DNA of 32,000 bases. Source: Tannockella kyphosi (GTDB taxonomy: Bacteria > Bacillota_I > Bacilli_A > Erysipelotrichales > Coprobacillaceae). Below are positions 22,813 through 31,476 of this stretch, one piece after another. The position numbers were made by a program, and so were the translations under genes. Where the stretch lies: positions 2,070,001-2,102,000 of the forward strand of contig NZ_CP088239.1 in the NCBI RefSeq assembly GCF_021054785.1, read 5' to 3'. Under the pieces are notes generated by a model. It saw nothing but the letters and a program-made list of their open reading frames with translations. It did no database searches and was not told where the DNA came from. Numbering within the stretch: position 1 is the first letter of the stretch; the number at the start of each line of letters is the position of its first letter.

Positions 22813-23583
22813 ATGACAAAAGTAATAGCAATAACAAATCAAAAAGGTGGAGTAGGAAAAACAACAACAAGTGTAAATTTATCTGTAGCACTTGCAAAAA
22901 AGAAATTCAAAGTGTTGTTAGTAGACATGGATCCTCAAGCAAATGCAACACAAGGTATCGGTATAGAGAGAAATGATCTTGAAAGAACTACTTATGATTG
23001 TTTAGTGGATCAAGAATCTTTTAAAAATGTTATTATTCCTACTTATGCAACTGGTGTAGATATATCACCTGCTAGTATTGATTTAGCAGGAGCAGATTTA
23101 GACTTATCAAAAGTATCAGAAGGACGTGAACAACGTTTAAAAGATGCTTTAGAAGAAGTGAAACAAGATTATGATTTTGTAATTATTGACTGTCCACCAG
23201 CATTAGGATTATTAAATACAAATGCATTAACTGCATGTGATTCTGTATTAATCCCTGTTCAATGTGAATATTATGCCTTAGAAGGGTTAACACAATTATT
23301 AAATACAATTCTTTTAACACAAAATGTATTTAACCCATCTCTTGCAATAGAAGGAGTTCTTTTAACTATGTTAGATCAAAGAACGAACTTAGGATTAGAA
23401 GTATCACAAGAAGTACGTAAATACTTTAAAGAAAAAGTATATAAAACAATTATTCCAAGAAACATTAAATTATCGGAAGCACCATCTGCAGGACTTGCTA
23501 TTATGGATTATGATGCAAACTCAGAAGGAGCAAAAGCATATAAAAGTTTAGCAAAGGAAATTATAGACGCAAATGGCAACTAA
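22813..23583 (+). CDS. parA: Chromosome-partitioning ATPase ParA/Soj
   Basis: 256 aa. Deviant Walker A NQKGGVGKTTT, DMDPQANAT, IIDCPPALG. Confidence 0.92.
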   Translation: MTKVIAITNQKGGVGKTTTSVNLSVALAKKKFKVLLVDMDPQANATQGIGIERNDLERTTYDCLVDQESFKNVIIPTYATGVDISPASIDLAGADLDLSKVSEGREQRLKDALEEVKQDYDFVIIDCPPALGLLNTNALTACDSVLIPVQCEYYALEGLTQLLNTILLTQNVFNPSLAIEGVLLTMLDQRTNLGLEVSQEVRKYFKEKVYKTIIPRNIKLSEAPSAGLAIMDYDANSEGAKAYKSLAKEIIDANGN

Positions 23584-24463
23584 TAAAAATAAGAAACTAG
23601 GAAAAGGGTTAGATAGTATGGGTGTAAATAGTATTTTTGGAGCTGATGTTGCTACATTAATTAATAACATTGAAAATAATGCCTCTGCATCAATGCAAGA
23701 AAAAATAGCGTTAGATAAAATCAGACCGAATCCTTACCAACCAAGAAAAGTATTTGATAAAGAAGCTTTACAAGAATTAGCGGTTTCAATAGAACAACAT
23801 GGAGTATTCCAACCAGTAATTTTAAAGAAATCAGTACAAGGATATGAAATAGTTGCAGGAGAAAGAAGATGTCGTGCAGCTAAACTAGCGAAACTAACAG
23901 AAGTACCAGCTATCATTGTAGAATTTAGTGATGAACAAATGATGGAAGTAGCACTATTAGAAAATATTCAAAGAGAAAACCTAAATGCAATAGAAGAAGC
24001 ACAAGCTTATCAAACAATGATGGAAAAGCTATCTTTAACTCAAGAAGCATTAGGAAAACGTATTGGTAAATCAAGATCTTATATTGCAAATACATTAAGA
24101 TTATTAACATTACCTCAAGAAATACAAGATTTTGTATTAGCTGGTAAGTTATCAATGGGACATGCCCGTTGTTTAATCACATTAGAAAAAGAAAAAGCAG
24201 TACAATTAGCGAATCGTTGTGTAGAAGAAAAGTTATCGGTACGTGATATTGAAAATATTGTAAAAGGGATAGAGTTAGGTAATAGTCGTAAAGACAAACC
24301 TAAAAAAGAAGTAAACCCAGAATTTACATATGTAGAACATCTTTTAAGAAAAAAATATCGTACGAAAATAGCAGTAGATGAAAAAACAGTTACTATTAAG
24401 TATAATAGTAAAGAAGATTTGAATCGAATTTTGGAAATCATGGGAGTAATAGAAGAAAGTTAA
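23573..24463 (+). CDS. parB: Chromosome-partitioning protein ParB/Spo0J
   Basis: 296 aa. N-terminal ParA-interaction motif LGKGLDS, ParB box IVAGERRCRAAKLA and an HTH (LTQEALGKRIGKSRSYIANTLRLLTL). Overlaps parA by 11 nt. Confidence 0.92.
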   Translation: MATNKNKKLGKGLDSMGVNSIFGADVATLINNIENNASASMQEKIALDKIRPNPYQPRKVFDKEALQELAVSIEQHGVFQPVILKKSVQGYEIVAGERRCRAAKLAKLTEVPAIIVEFSDEQMMEVALLENIQRENLNAIEEAQAYQTMMEKLSLTQEALGKRIGKSRSYIANTLRLLTLPQEIQDFVLAGKLSMGHARCLITLEKEKAVQLANRCVEEKLSVRDIENIVKGIELGNSRKDKPKKEVNPEFTYVEHLLRKKYRTKIAVDEKTVTIKYNSKEDLNRILEIMGVIEES

Positions 24464-24480
24464 TAAACTTTCTTTTTTTT
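24454..24480 (+). terminator. Terminator overlapping the parB stop
   Basis: AGAAAGT-taataa-ACTTTCT stem followed by 8 T. Confidence 0.75.
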
Positions 24481-24556
24481 GTGTGATAATGCCAAGAATA
24501 TTGAATTAATTTGTCAAATCATGTATGATAAAAGGGATTATGAAGGGGTGATAAAT

Positions 24557-26341
24557 TTGAAAATTAGAAAACAACTTATAACAATAACAACGTTAGTAGT
24601 AGCTATTTGTGTTTTAATCAATTATGTGGGTGTTGATACACAAGCAGACTATGACGATGACGTATTCACGGATTTCATTGCAATGGATGAAGAAGGAAAT
24701 ATTGTTGTATATTCACAAGAAGAAATAGAAACCCCAGATGAAGAGGCGATAGCCGAAATAGAAGTAGAAGTAGTAGAAGAGACAGTAGGTAGCACTTTGG
24801 TAGAAGTAGTTGTTAATGCAATAGCAAATATTTTCAGTTTACCAAACATAGAAATAAGTGCATCGGATGATTCTATCGAGTATGCAGTAGTTCGTTTTGG
24901 AACTTCAGGTACAACGACTTATACTAACTATGACACAGGAACTTCAGGATATACTTATGGTGGGAGTGCACCAGATGCAGCCTATTTAGGAACAACTTCT
25001 GATGGATATGTTATATTCAAACAAGGTGGAGTAACTGGTAAAGTAAAAGCGTCGGCTGTAACAATTATTGAATATGATGATTTTGTTGAAGCAGGATATG
25101 TTACAAGTATTTATACTTGTATAAATGGAAATATTTATCATAAAATTACAACGAATCTTACAAGTTATGCATCTACTCAAATAGTTGGATATCAACAAGA
25201 ATATATGGAAGATGGAGTAACGTATTATAGTTATGATGGACATTATTTTTATACATCTTATACAGATATGATTGATGATTATGTAGCTGGAACGACAAGT
25301 AAAGCAATTAATCCAAGTGATCCATATTATAGCTATTATCAATATTTATCACATCGAAGTACAACGAACTTTACAGAAGAACAAATTGAAGGTTATATTC
25401 AATCTAAAACAACAAGCAGTTCTTTAATGTATGATTTAGCAGGAACCTTTGTTGAAGAAGGAGAAACATATGGAACAAACGCTATTCTTATGTTAGGGGT
25501 GGCAATCAACGAAAGTGCTTGGGGTACTAGTAATATCGCCATGAATACCAATAACTTATTTGGACATTCTGCATATGACTCAGATCCATCAGGAAGTGCT
25601 AGTAAGTATTCTTCAGCAGCCTATAGTGTGTATGTCCATGCCTATAGTTTCTTATCGAAAGGCTATCTATATGGAGATGATTATAGATATTTTGGACCAC
25701 ATTTAGGGGATAAACAAAGTGGGATTAATGTTAAATATGCATCTGATCCATACTGGGGTGAAAAAGCAGCAGCACATGGATATTTAATAGAGAATATGTA
25801 TAGTGATGAAATTTATGATTATAATAGTGAAATTATTGGGATAGTAGATGATGTTGTTAAAATTTATGCAGATACAAGTTTAAGTAGTGATTATATGTAT
25901 ACTACATCTAATAATTATGATGATGTAGATGATATGGCAATGCTTATCATTGAAGAAGTGGTTGGAGAAACGGTAGACGGAAGTAATGTTTGGTATAAAA
26001 TACAAACAGATATTCCTTTAAATTCGACACGTACAGATGCAGCAACAAAGACAACAGTCTATAATTTTGATAGAGATTATGGATATGTGCATTCTAGTGA
26101 GTTTGATTACATATCGGATGGGGATTTACCAGTAGTAGTATATTTAGCAGGAGATGTTAACATGGATGGATCAAGAACGTCCATGGACTATATGTTGATA
26201 AAGAGTCATATCTTAGGTAAAACAACATTAAGTGGTACGTCATTAATAATAGCAGATGTAAATGAAGATGGAGTTTTAACATCAATGGACTATATGTTGA
26301 TTAAAAGCCATATCTTAGGTAAAACAAACCTAGATGAATAG
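24557..26341 (+). CDS. Secreted GH73-type N-acetylglucosaminidase (peptidoglycan hydrolase-like) with a C-terminal two-segment dockerin
   Basis: Preferred start is TTG at 24557 (GAAGGGG RBS), giving MKIRKQLITITTLVVAICVL, a signal/anchor. Glucosaminidase motif LGVAINESAWGTSNIAMNTNNLFGH...ASDPYWG. Dockerin segments GDVNMDGSRTSMDYMLIKSHILGK and ADVNEDGVLTSMDYMLIKSHILGK (DxNxDGxxxxxD Ca-loops) at ~26150-26335. Confidence 0.8.
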   Translation: MKIRKQLITITTLVVAICVLINYVGVDTQADYDDDVFTDFIAMDEEGNIVVYSQEEIETPDEEAIAEIEVEVVEETVGSTLVEVVVNAIANIFSLPNIEISASDDSIEYAVVRFGTSGTTTYTNYDTGTSGYTYGGSAPDAAYLGTTSDGYVIFKQGGVTGKVKASAVTIIEYDDFVEAGYVTSIYTCINGNIYHKITTNLTSYASTQIVGYQQEYMEDGVTYYSYDGHYFYTSYTDMIDDYVAGTTSKAINPSDPYYSYYQYLSHRSTTNFTEEQIEGYIQSKTTSSSLMYDLAGTFVEEGETYGTNAILMLGVAINESAWGTSNIAMNTNNLFGHSAYDSDPSGSASKYSSAAYSVYVHAYSFLSKGYLYGDDYRYFGPHLGDKQSGINVKYASDPYWGEKAAAHGYLIENMYSDEIYDYNSEIIGIVDDVVKIYADTSLSSDYMYTTSNNYDDVDDMAMLIIEEVVGETVDGSNVWYKIQTDIPLNSTRTDAATKTTVYNFDRDYGYVHSSEFDYISDGDLPVVVYLAGDVNMDGSRTSMDYMLIKSHILGKTTLSGTSLIIADVNEDGVLTSMDYMLIKSHILGKTNLDE

Positions 26342-26351
26342 GAGAGAAAAA

Positions 26352-27737
26352 ATGAATAAAATTCTAAAAATAATGCTGTCATCATTTATATGTTTAGCAG
26401 TTTTAGTAGGAAATGTAAAAACAAGTGAAGCAGCCTCGTTTAGTATAAGCGGGTCATCATCCGTAACATCCGGTGGGACAACGACAGTTACTATCACAGC
26501 TTCAGGAGGAACGGGTGTATTTAATGCATCTATTACTGGAGGAACATTTACTGGAATATCAAGTTCTAGTAGTGGTAGTTACTCAAGCACTAGTGCTACA
26601 TTGATGTTGGATTCAACATCAATATCTTTAACAGTCAAAGCAGGAACGTCAGGGGATATAAAGGTAACTGTTTCTTGTTCTAACTTTACAAGTGACGACT
26701 TAGAGAGTGTTACTCTTTCATCGAAAAGTAAAACGATATCAATAACTAGTTCATCAAGCAGTTCTAGTAGTTCATCTAGCAGTTCTTCAAGCAGTTCTAG
26801 TAGTTCATCAAGCAGTTCATCAAGTAGTTCTACAACAACTGTTACTAAATCATCAGTAAATACACTTAGTGCATTATCAATCGATGGAGTAGATTTATCT
26901 CCTACATTTGATAGTTCTACTGTTAGCTACAAAGCAACAGTATTAGATACAGATAGTATTAAAATTAGTGCTACTGCAAAAGATGATGAAGCGACAGTAA
27001 GTGGAACAGGTACAAAAGACTTATCACTTGGAAGTAATGAGTTTAAAGTAGTTTGTACTGCAGAAAATGGATCAACGAAAACATATATTATTACAGTATT
27101 TAAAGATGAGAGTCCAAGTGTTTATATGGATGTAGATGGATCTTCTCTAGGAGTAGTGAAGTATACAGAGGATGTAGCTATCCCTGATGGGTTTGAAGAA
27201 ACGACAGTAACTTATGGAGAAGAAGAAATAATTGCTTGGCAAAATAATCAATTAGGATTGACTATTGTTTATCTTATTGATGAAGATGGTGAATCTAGTT
27301 TATATTGTTATGAAGATGGAGAAATCTCAACATTTAAACAAGTTGCTATTTTAGGTAAAAATCTTTATGAAGTAGAATTATTAGATACGGATAGAGATGG
27401 ATTTGTTTATCAAGAAGTAGAGATTGATGGTGCTACTGTTATGGGGTGGGCATTTGAAGATACTTCTTTTGAAGGATATTATGTTGTAGAGTTAATGGAT
27501 GATACAGGAGCTATGGTTACCTATTTGTATGATTCAGTAAGTAATTCCATGATTTTATACCCTGAAAGCATGATGACAATTTCAGCAGATAATTATGAAG
27601 CAGAAATAGTAGCTATGGAAGAAGAAGCAAATACGAATTTTATGATTGCTAGTGGAGTTGCTGTTACGACAACTGTTTCTACTGCAGGATTAGGAATTTG
27701 GAATTTCTTAAGATTTAGAAAAGCAAAAATAGTATAA
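26352..27737 (+). CDS. Surface protein: signal peptide, cohesin-like/Ig-like N-module, poly-Ser linker, cadherin-like beta-sandwich domain, unknown domain, C-terminal TM anchor
   Basis: ATG at 26352 after AGGAGAG. Signal peptide ...NVKTSEA. N-module SVTSGGTTTVTITASGG...ISLTVKAGTSGDIKVTVS. 28 consecutive Ser. LSALSIDGVDLSPTFDSSTVSYKATV...ENGSTKTYIITV (cadherin-like pattern). C-terminal hydrophobic helix plus RFRKAK. Confidence 0.75.
   Translation: MNKILKIMLSSFICLAVLVGNVKTSEAASFSISGSSSVTSGGTTTVTITASGGTGVFNASITGGTFTGISSSSSGSYSSTSATLMLDSTSISLTVKAGTSGDIKVTVSCSNFTSDDLESVTLSSKSKTISITSSSSSSSSSSSSSSSSSSSSSSSSSSSSTTTVTKSSVNTLSALSIDGVDLSPTFDSSTVSYKATVLDTDSIKISATAKDDEATVSGTGTKDLSLGSNEFKVVCTAENGSTKTYIITVFKDESPSVYMDVDGSSLGVVKYTEDVAIPDGFEETTVTYGEEEIIAWQNNQLGLTIVYLIDEDGESSLYCYEDGEISTFKQVAILGKNLYEVELLDTDRDGFVYQEVEIDGATVMGWAFEDTSFEGYYVVELMDDTGAMVTYLYDSVSNSMILYPESMMTISADNYEAEIVAMEEEANTNFMIASGVAVTTTVSTAGLGIWNFLRFRKAKIV
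26748..26831 (+). repeat. Poly-serine tract (28 codons) built from reiterated AGC/AGT/TCT/TCA units
   Basis: Codons read in frame. A 33-nt sub-repeat (TCAAGCAGTTCTAGTAGTTCA...) occurs at 26754 and 26787. Confidence 0.9.
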
Positions 27738-27740
27738 TCA

Positions 27741-27769
27741 AAGCACTTCTTAGGAAGTGCTTTATTTTT
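27741..27769 (+). terminator. Rho-independent terminator
   Basis: AAGCACTTC-ttag-GAAGTGCTT (9 bp) followed by TATTTTT. Confidence 0.8.
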
Positions 27770-27838
27770 GTTAAAACATGTTTCTATCGGTTGCAAATGT
27801 GTGAAAAAAAAGACATAATAAGAAAGTAAGAAAAAAAC

Positions 27839-27867
27839 TTGCATTAATGGGGTATATTTACTATAAT
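27839..27867 (+). promoter_or_regulatory. Sigma-A promoter TTGCAT - 17 nt - TATAAT
   Basis: Consensus -10, good -35 and exact spacing, ~45 nt upstream of the 27911 ATG. Confidence 0.6.
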
Positions 27868-27910
27868 AGATAAGGTTTGTGTCTTCAAACAAATCAGAAC
27901 GGAGAATAAT

Positions 27911-29335
27911 ATGGAATCGAATTATGATGTTATTGTCGTAGGTGCAGGACCTGCCGGAATTATGGCTTGTTATGAGTTGTTTTTAAAAAGCCCAGAAAGT
28001 AAAGTATTGTTAATTGATAAAGGATTAGATGTAATGTATCGTACATGTCCTATTAAGGAAAAAAAGATTACTGCTTGTCCAATTATTAAAAATAATGAAC
28101 CAGGATGTTTACCTGCTTGTTCTATTACTGCTGGATTTGGTGGTGCTGGGGCATACTCAGATGGAAAATTCAATATTACTAGTGAGTTCGGTGGTTGGTT
28201 AACGGACTATTTAGATAATCAAGAAGTAGAAGATGTAATTAGTTATGTAGATGAATTGTATTTAAAACACGGGGCTACTAAAAAGATTACAGATCCTACT
28301 ACTAATAAAATAAAAGAAATTGAGCATAGAGGATATGCTGTTGGATTAAAGTTACTTCGTGCTAAAGTAAGACACTTAGGAACAGAAGAAAATTTACGTA
28401 TTATGACTGAAATGTCAAATGAATTAAAAGAACATATTGATATGTCTTTTAAAACAACAGTAGATGAATTGATTGTTGAAAACAATCAATTAAAAGGTAT
28501 TCTTTTAGCAAATGGAAAAGAGATATTTGCTAGTAGTGTAATATTAGCACCAGGAAGAGATGGTTCTGCATGGTTAACAAAAGTATTAAAGAAATACAAT
28601 GTAGAATTATATAATAATCAAGTAGATATTGGTGTACGTGTAGAAACAAGTAATATTGTAATGGAAGAAATTAATACTCATTTATATGAAGGAAAATTTG
28701 TTTATAATACAAGTGTTGGAACAAGAGTTCGTACTTTCTGTTCAAATCCTTCTGGTCATGTTGTAGTTGAAAACCATTCAGGAACAATGCTTGCTAACGG
28801 ACATGCTTATCATGATCCAAAATTAGGAAGTCCAAATACAAACTTTGCATTATTAGTATCTCATACTTTTAGTGAACCATTTAATGAACCAAATGAATTT
28901 GCACATGAAGTTAGTAGATTAGCTAATAAACTATCAAATGGTAGTGTAATTGTACAAAGATATGGAGATATTAAAAAAGGAAGACGTACTACTTCAAAAA
29001 GATTAAAAGAAGGGTATACAATACCTACATTAAGTTCTGCAGTACCAGGGGATTTAGGGTTAGTACTTCCTTATAATACAATGACTTCTATTGTAGAAAT
29101 GATAGAAGCATTAGATCATGTAACACCAGGTATTGCAAATGAACATACTTTACTTTATGGAGTAGAAGCAAAATTCTATTCTGCTAGACCTAAGGTAAGG
29201 GAAGGGTTTATGAGTGAGATTGATAATTTATATGTAGCTGGAGATGGAGCAGGATTAACAAGAGGTTTGGCACAAGCTGGAGCGAATGGAGTTCTTGTTG
29301 CAAGACATATTATAGAAAATAAAAAAGACAAATAA
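27911..29335 (+). CDS. FAD-dependent oxidoreductase of the uncharacterised COG2509-like family
   Basis: 474 aa. N-terminal dinucleotide fold YDVIVVGAGPAGIMAC. C-terminal GDGAGLTRGLAQAGANG. Confidence 0.8.
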   Translation: MESNYDVIVVGAGPAGIMACYELFLKSPESKVLLIDKGLDVMYRTCPIKEKKITACPIIKNNEPGCLPACSITAGFGGAGAYSDGKFNITSEFGGWLTDYLDNQEVEDVISYVDELYLKHGATKKITDPTTNKIKEIEHRGYAVGLKLLRAKVRHLGTEENLRIMTEMSNELKEHIDMSFKTTVDELIVENNQLKGILLANGKEIFASSVILAPGRDGSAWLTKVLKKYNVELYNNQVDIGVRVETSNIVMEEINTHLYEGKFVYNTSVGTRVRTFCSNPSGHVVVENHSGTMLANGHAYHDPKLGSPNTNFALLVSHTFSEPFNEPNEFAHEVSRLANKLSNGSVIVQRYGDIKKGRRTTSKRLKEGYTIPTLSSAVPGDLGLVLPYNTMTSIVEMIEALDHVTPGIANEHTLLYGVEAKFYSARPKVREGFMSEIDNLYVAGDGAGLTRGLAQAGANGVLVARHIIENKKDK

Positions 29336-29346
29336 TTGTCTTTTTT
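29326..29346 (+). terminator. Terminator overlapping the stop codon
   Basis: AGACAA-ataa-TTGTCT followed by TTTTT. Confidence 0.6.
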
Positions 29347-29440
29347 ATTATCCTATTGAAAAGATATTAGAAAACTATGTTTATAAGAGTGCTTGCAAAC
29401 ATGGTTTTTTTCAGTTAAAGTAGAAGAAGGAGAGAAAGCT

Positions 29441-29788
29441 ATGGATAATGAAAAAGTATTTAATTGTAATATGGAATTAACATTAGATATTATTGGTGGT
29501 AAATGGAAACCGATACTAATCTTTCATATCGGAAATATTGGTACAGTACGCTATGGGGAATTAAAAAGATTAGTGCCAGGAATCAGTGAACGAGTGTTAT
29601 CGAGAGAGTTGCGTGCATTAGAGAATCAAAATATTATTAACAGAAAAGTATATCAAGAAAAAATATTAAGAGTAGAATATTCTTTGACAAGTGTTGGCAA
29701 TGAAGTGTTACCTGTTTTAAATGCCTTAACAAAATGGGGCGATAAATATAATAAAAAATATAAGTATGCAAAAATTATATGTGAGTAA
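29441..29788 (+). CDS. HxlR-family winged-helix transcriptional regulator
   Basis: ATG at 29441 after AAGGAGAG; the TTG-extended ORF is rejected. 115 aa. CNMELTLDIIGGKWKPILIFHI...YGELKRLVPGISERVLSRELRALE...VEYSLT pattern typical of HxlR/YodB-type regulators, including the N-terminal Cys. Confidence 0.85.
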   Translation: MDNEKVFNCNMELTLDIIGGKWKPILIFHIGNIGTVRYGELKRLVPGISERVLSRELRALENQNIINRKVYQEKILRVEYSLTSVGNEVLPVLNALTKWGDKYNKKYKYAKIICE

Positions 29789-29791
29789 ATA

Positions 29792-29815
29792 AATCCTGTG
29801 AAAACAGGATTTTTA
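29792..29815 (+). terminator. Rho-independent terminator after the HxlR-type gene
   Basis: AATCCTGT-gaaa-ACAGGATT followed by TTT. Confidence 0.8.
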
Positions 29816-29818
29816 TAC

Positions 29819-29832
29819 GGACAAATTTGTCC
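29819..29832. promoter_or_regulatory. Perfect 14-bp palindrome GGACAAATTTGTCC, candidate operator
   Basis: Self-complementary. Overlaps a possible -35 (TTGTCC - 17 nt - CATAAT) upstream of the nitroreductase operon. Confidence 0.4.
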
Positions 29833-29887
29833 CCACTGACAAAAATATCCATAATTGTTTCTTTTAAATAGTTAGTTATAATATTCT

Positions 29888-29907
29888 TATCAGTGACCAT
29901 ACTGATA
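29888..29907. promoter_or_regulatory. Inverted repeat TATCAGT-gaccat-ACTGATA, candidate operator
   Basis: Perfect 7-bp arms located between TATAAT (29876-29881) and the RBS of the 29936 gene. Confidence 0.4.
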
Positions 29908-29935
29908 AATAGAAAGAACAAATGGAGGTCCAAAG

Positions 29936-30589
29936 ATGGATATTATTCAAACACTACAAACACGTTATAGCACGAAAGAATTCGATGCTTCAAAAAAATT
30001 AACAACCATTCAATTAGAACAAATAGAAGACATACTACAATTATCACCTTCTTCAACTAACATACAACCATGGCATTTTGTGGTTGCATCATCAAAAGAA
30101 GGAAAACAAAGAGTAGCGAAATCAACAGAAGGATTCTTTGCATTTAATAAAGAGAAAATCTTAGATGCTGGAGCTGTCATCGTATTTGCATCAAAAGTAG
30201 AATTAACTCAAGAGTACCTATTACATGTATTAGATAAAGAAGAACAAGATGGAAGGTTCCCACAACCAGAATTTAAAGCACAAAATCATGGTGGAAGAAG
30301 TATATTTGCACGTATGCATCAATTAGATTATAAAGATTTCCAACATTGGGCAGATAAACAATTGTATCTTAACTTAGGAAACTTCTTACTAGGAGTTGCA
30401 AGTTTAGGACTAGATGCTATTGCAATGGAAGGGGTAGATTTAAAAGCATTAGATGAAGAATTTGGATTACGTGAAAAAGGATATACATCATCATTTGTAG
30501 TAGCTGTTGGATATCGCAAGGAAACAGATTTCAATAAAGATTTACCAAAATCTAGATTATCAAAAGATGAAATAATGGATCGTGTTTAA
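29936..30589 (+). CDS. NAD(P)H-dependent nitroreductase (NfsB/oxygen-insensitive type)
   Basis: 217 aa. RYSTKEF...SPSSTNIQPWHFVV N-terminal signature of the nitroreductase fold. GGAGG RBS. Confidence 0.85.
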   Translation: MDIIQTLQTRYSTKEFDASKKLTTIQLEQIEDILQLSPSSTNIQPWHFVVASSKEGKQRVAKSTEGFFAFNKEKILDAGAVIVFASKVELTQEYLLHVLDKEEQDGRFPQPEFKAQNHGGRSIFARMHQLDYKDFQHWADKQLYLNLGNFLLGVASLGLDAIAMEGVDLKALDEEFGLREKGYTSSFVVAVGYRKETDFNKDLPKSRLSKDEIMDRV

Positions 30590-30591
30590 TT

Positions 30592-31467
30592 ATGCACTAC
30601 ACAGGACAAGTTTATCGACATCCTATTGAAGCAGATACGCCTCTATTAGAAGTTACTGCCGGATGTTCTCACAACAAATGTTCTTTTTGTACCATGTATC
30701 GAGAAACTCCTTTTCGAGTTTCTCCATGGAGTCATATAGAGGAAGACTTGTTAGAATTAAAGAATTCGAAACAAAAAGTAACTAGAATATTTTTAGTAAA
30801 TGGGGAACCATTTATTTTATCTACAGAAAAATTAATGAAGATTGGTGAATTGATTCACCAATACTTACCTGAAGTGGAAACGATTACTTGCTATGCTTCC
30901 ATAAAAAGTTTATTAAATAAATCATTGGAAGACTTAATAAAATTACGTGAATTAGGATATAATGATTTACATGTTGGATTAGAATCAGCATATAATCCGG
31001 CATTAAACCAAATGAATAAAGGATTTACAACGAAACAGGCTTACGAATCTTTAGAGAAATTAAAACAAGCTAATATCGATTGGGATGCAATTATTATGTT
31101 AGGGGTAGCAGGAAAAGGAAATGGGAAGGAACATATAGAACAAACAGCAAAGTTACTAAATAAATATCCTCCCTACTTGTTATCAATTATGACAACTTCA
31201 GTAAGTGAGGGTACCCCCTTAGAAAGAATGCGTGATAAGGGTGAGTTTATAGAATGTACGGAATTGGAGAAAATAGAGGAAGAAATATTATTACTTCAAC
31301 TAGTAGAATGTGATAATGCTTATTTTTTTGGAGGACATAATTATAATTTAATAGGTATTAATGCTCCTATGAGTAAAAAGGAAGAAATTATTGAATATCT
31401 TGAGGAACAAATCAAACATATGGATCATAGGTTATTAGATGGGATATTGCAAAGAGAAAGTATATAG
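30592..31467 (+). CDS. Radical SAM enzyme of unknown specificity
   Basis: 291 aa. The cluster motif in GCSHNKCSFCTMY (C-x3-C-x2-C). GEPF (SAM-binding GGE-like). Starts 2 nt after the nitroreductase stop. Confidence 0.85.
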   Translation: MHYTGQVYRHPIEADTPLLEVTAGCSHNKCSFCTMYRETPFRVSPWSHIEEDLLELKNSKQKVTRIFLVNGEPFILSTEKLMKIGELIHQYLPEVETITCYASIKSLLNKSLEDLIKLRELGYNDLHVGLESAYNPALNQMNKGFTTKQAYESLEKLKQANIDWDAIIMLGVAGKGNGKEHIEQTAKLLNKYPPYLLSIMTTSVSEGTPLERMRDKGEFIECTELEKIEEEILLLQLVECDNAYFFGGHNYNLIGINAPMSKKEEIIEYLEEQIKHMDHRLLDGILQRESI

Positions 31468-31476
31468 GAGACACAA

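Noticed and set aside
22813-24463. parS site (tGTTnCACGTGAAACa) in or near parAB or noc
   Set aside because: A visual scan for CACGTG cores found only 18361-18372 (ACAAACACGTGAAGG), whose arms do not match parS. None was seen in parB. Centromere sites are probably elsewhere.
24986-25342. 118-aa minus-strand ORF rich in Ile/Cys/Asn inside the GH73 gene (similarly 23925-24155, 24115-24441, 27593-27892, 27970-28173, 28243-28485, 30328-30534)
   Set aside because: These are typical AT-rich antisense frames with no start context, each overlapping a well-supported plus-strand gene.
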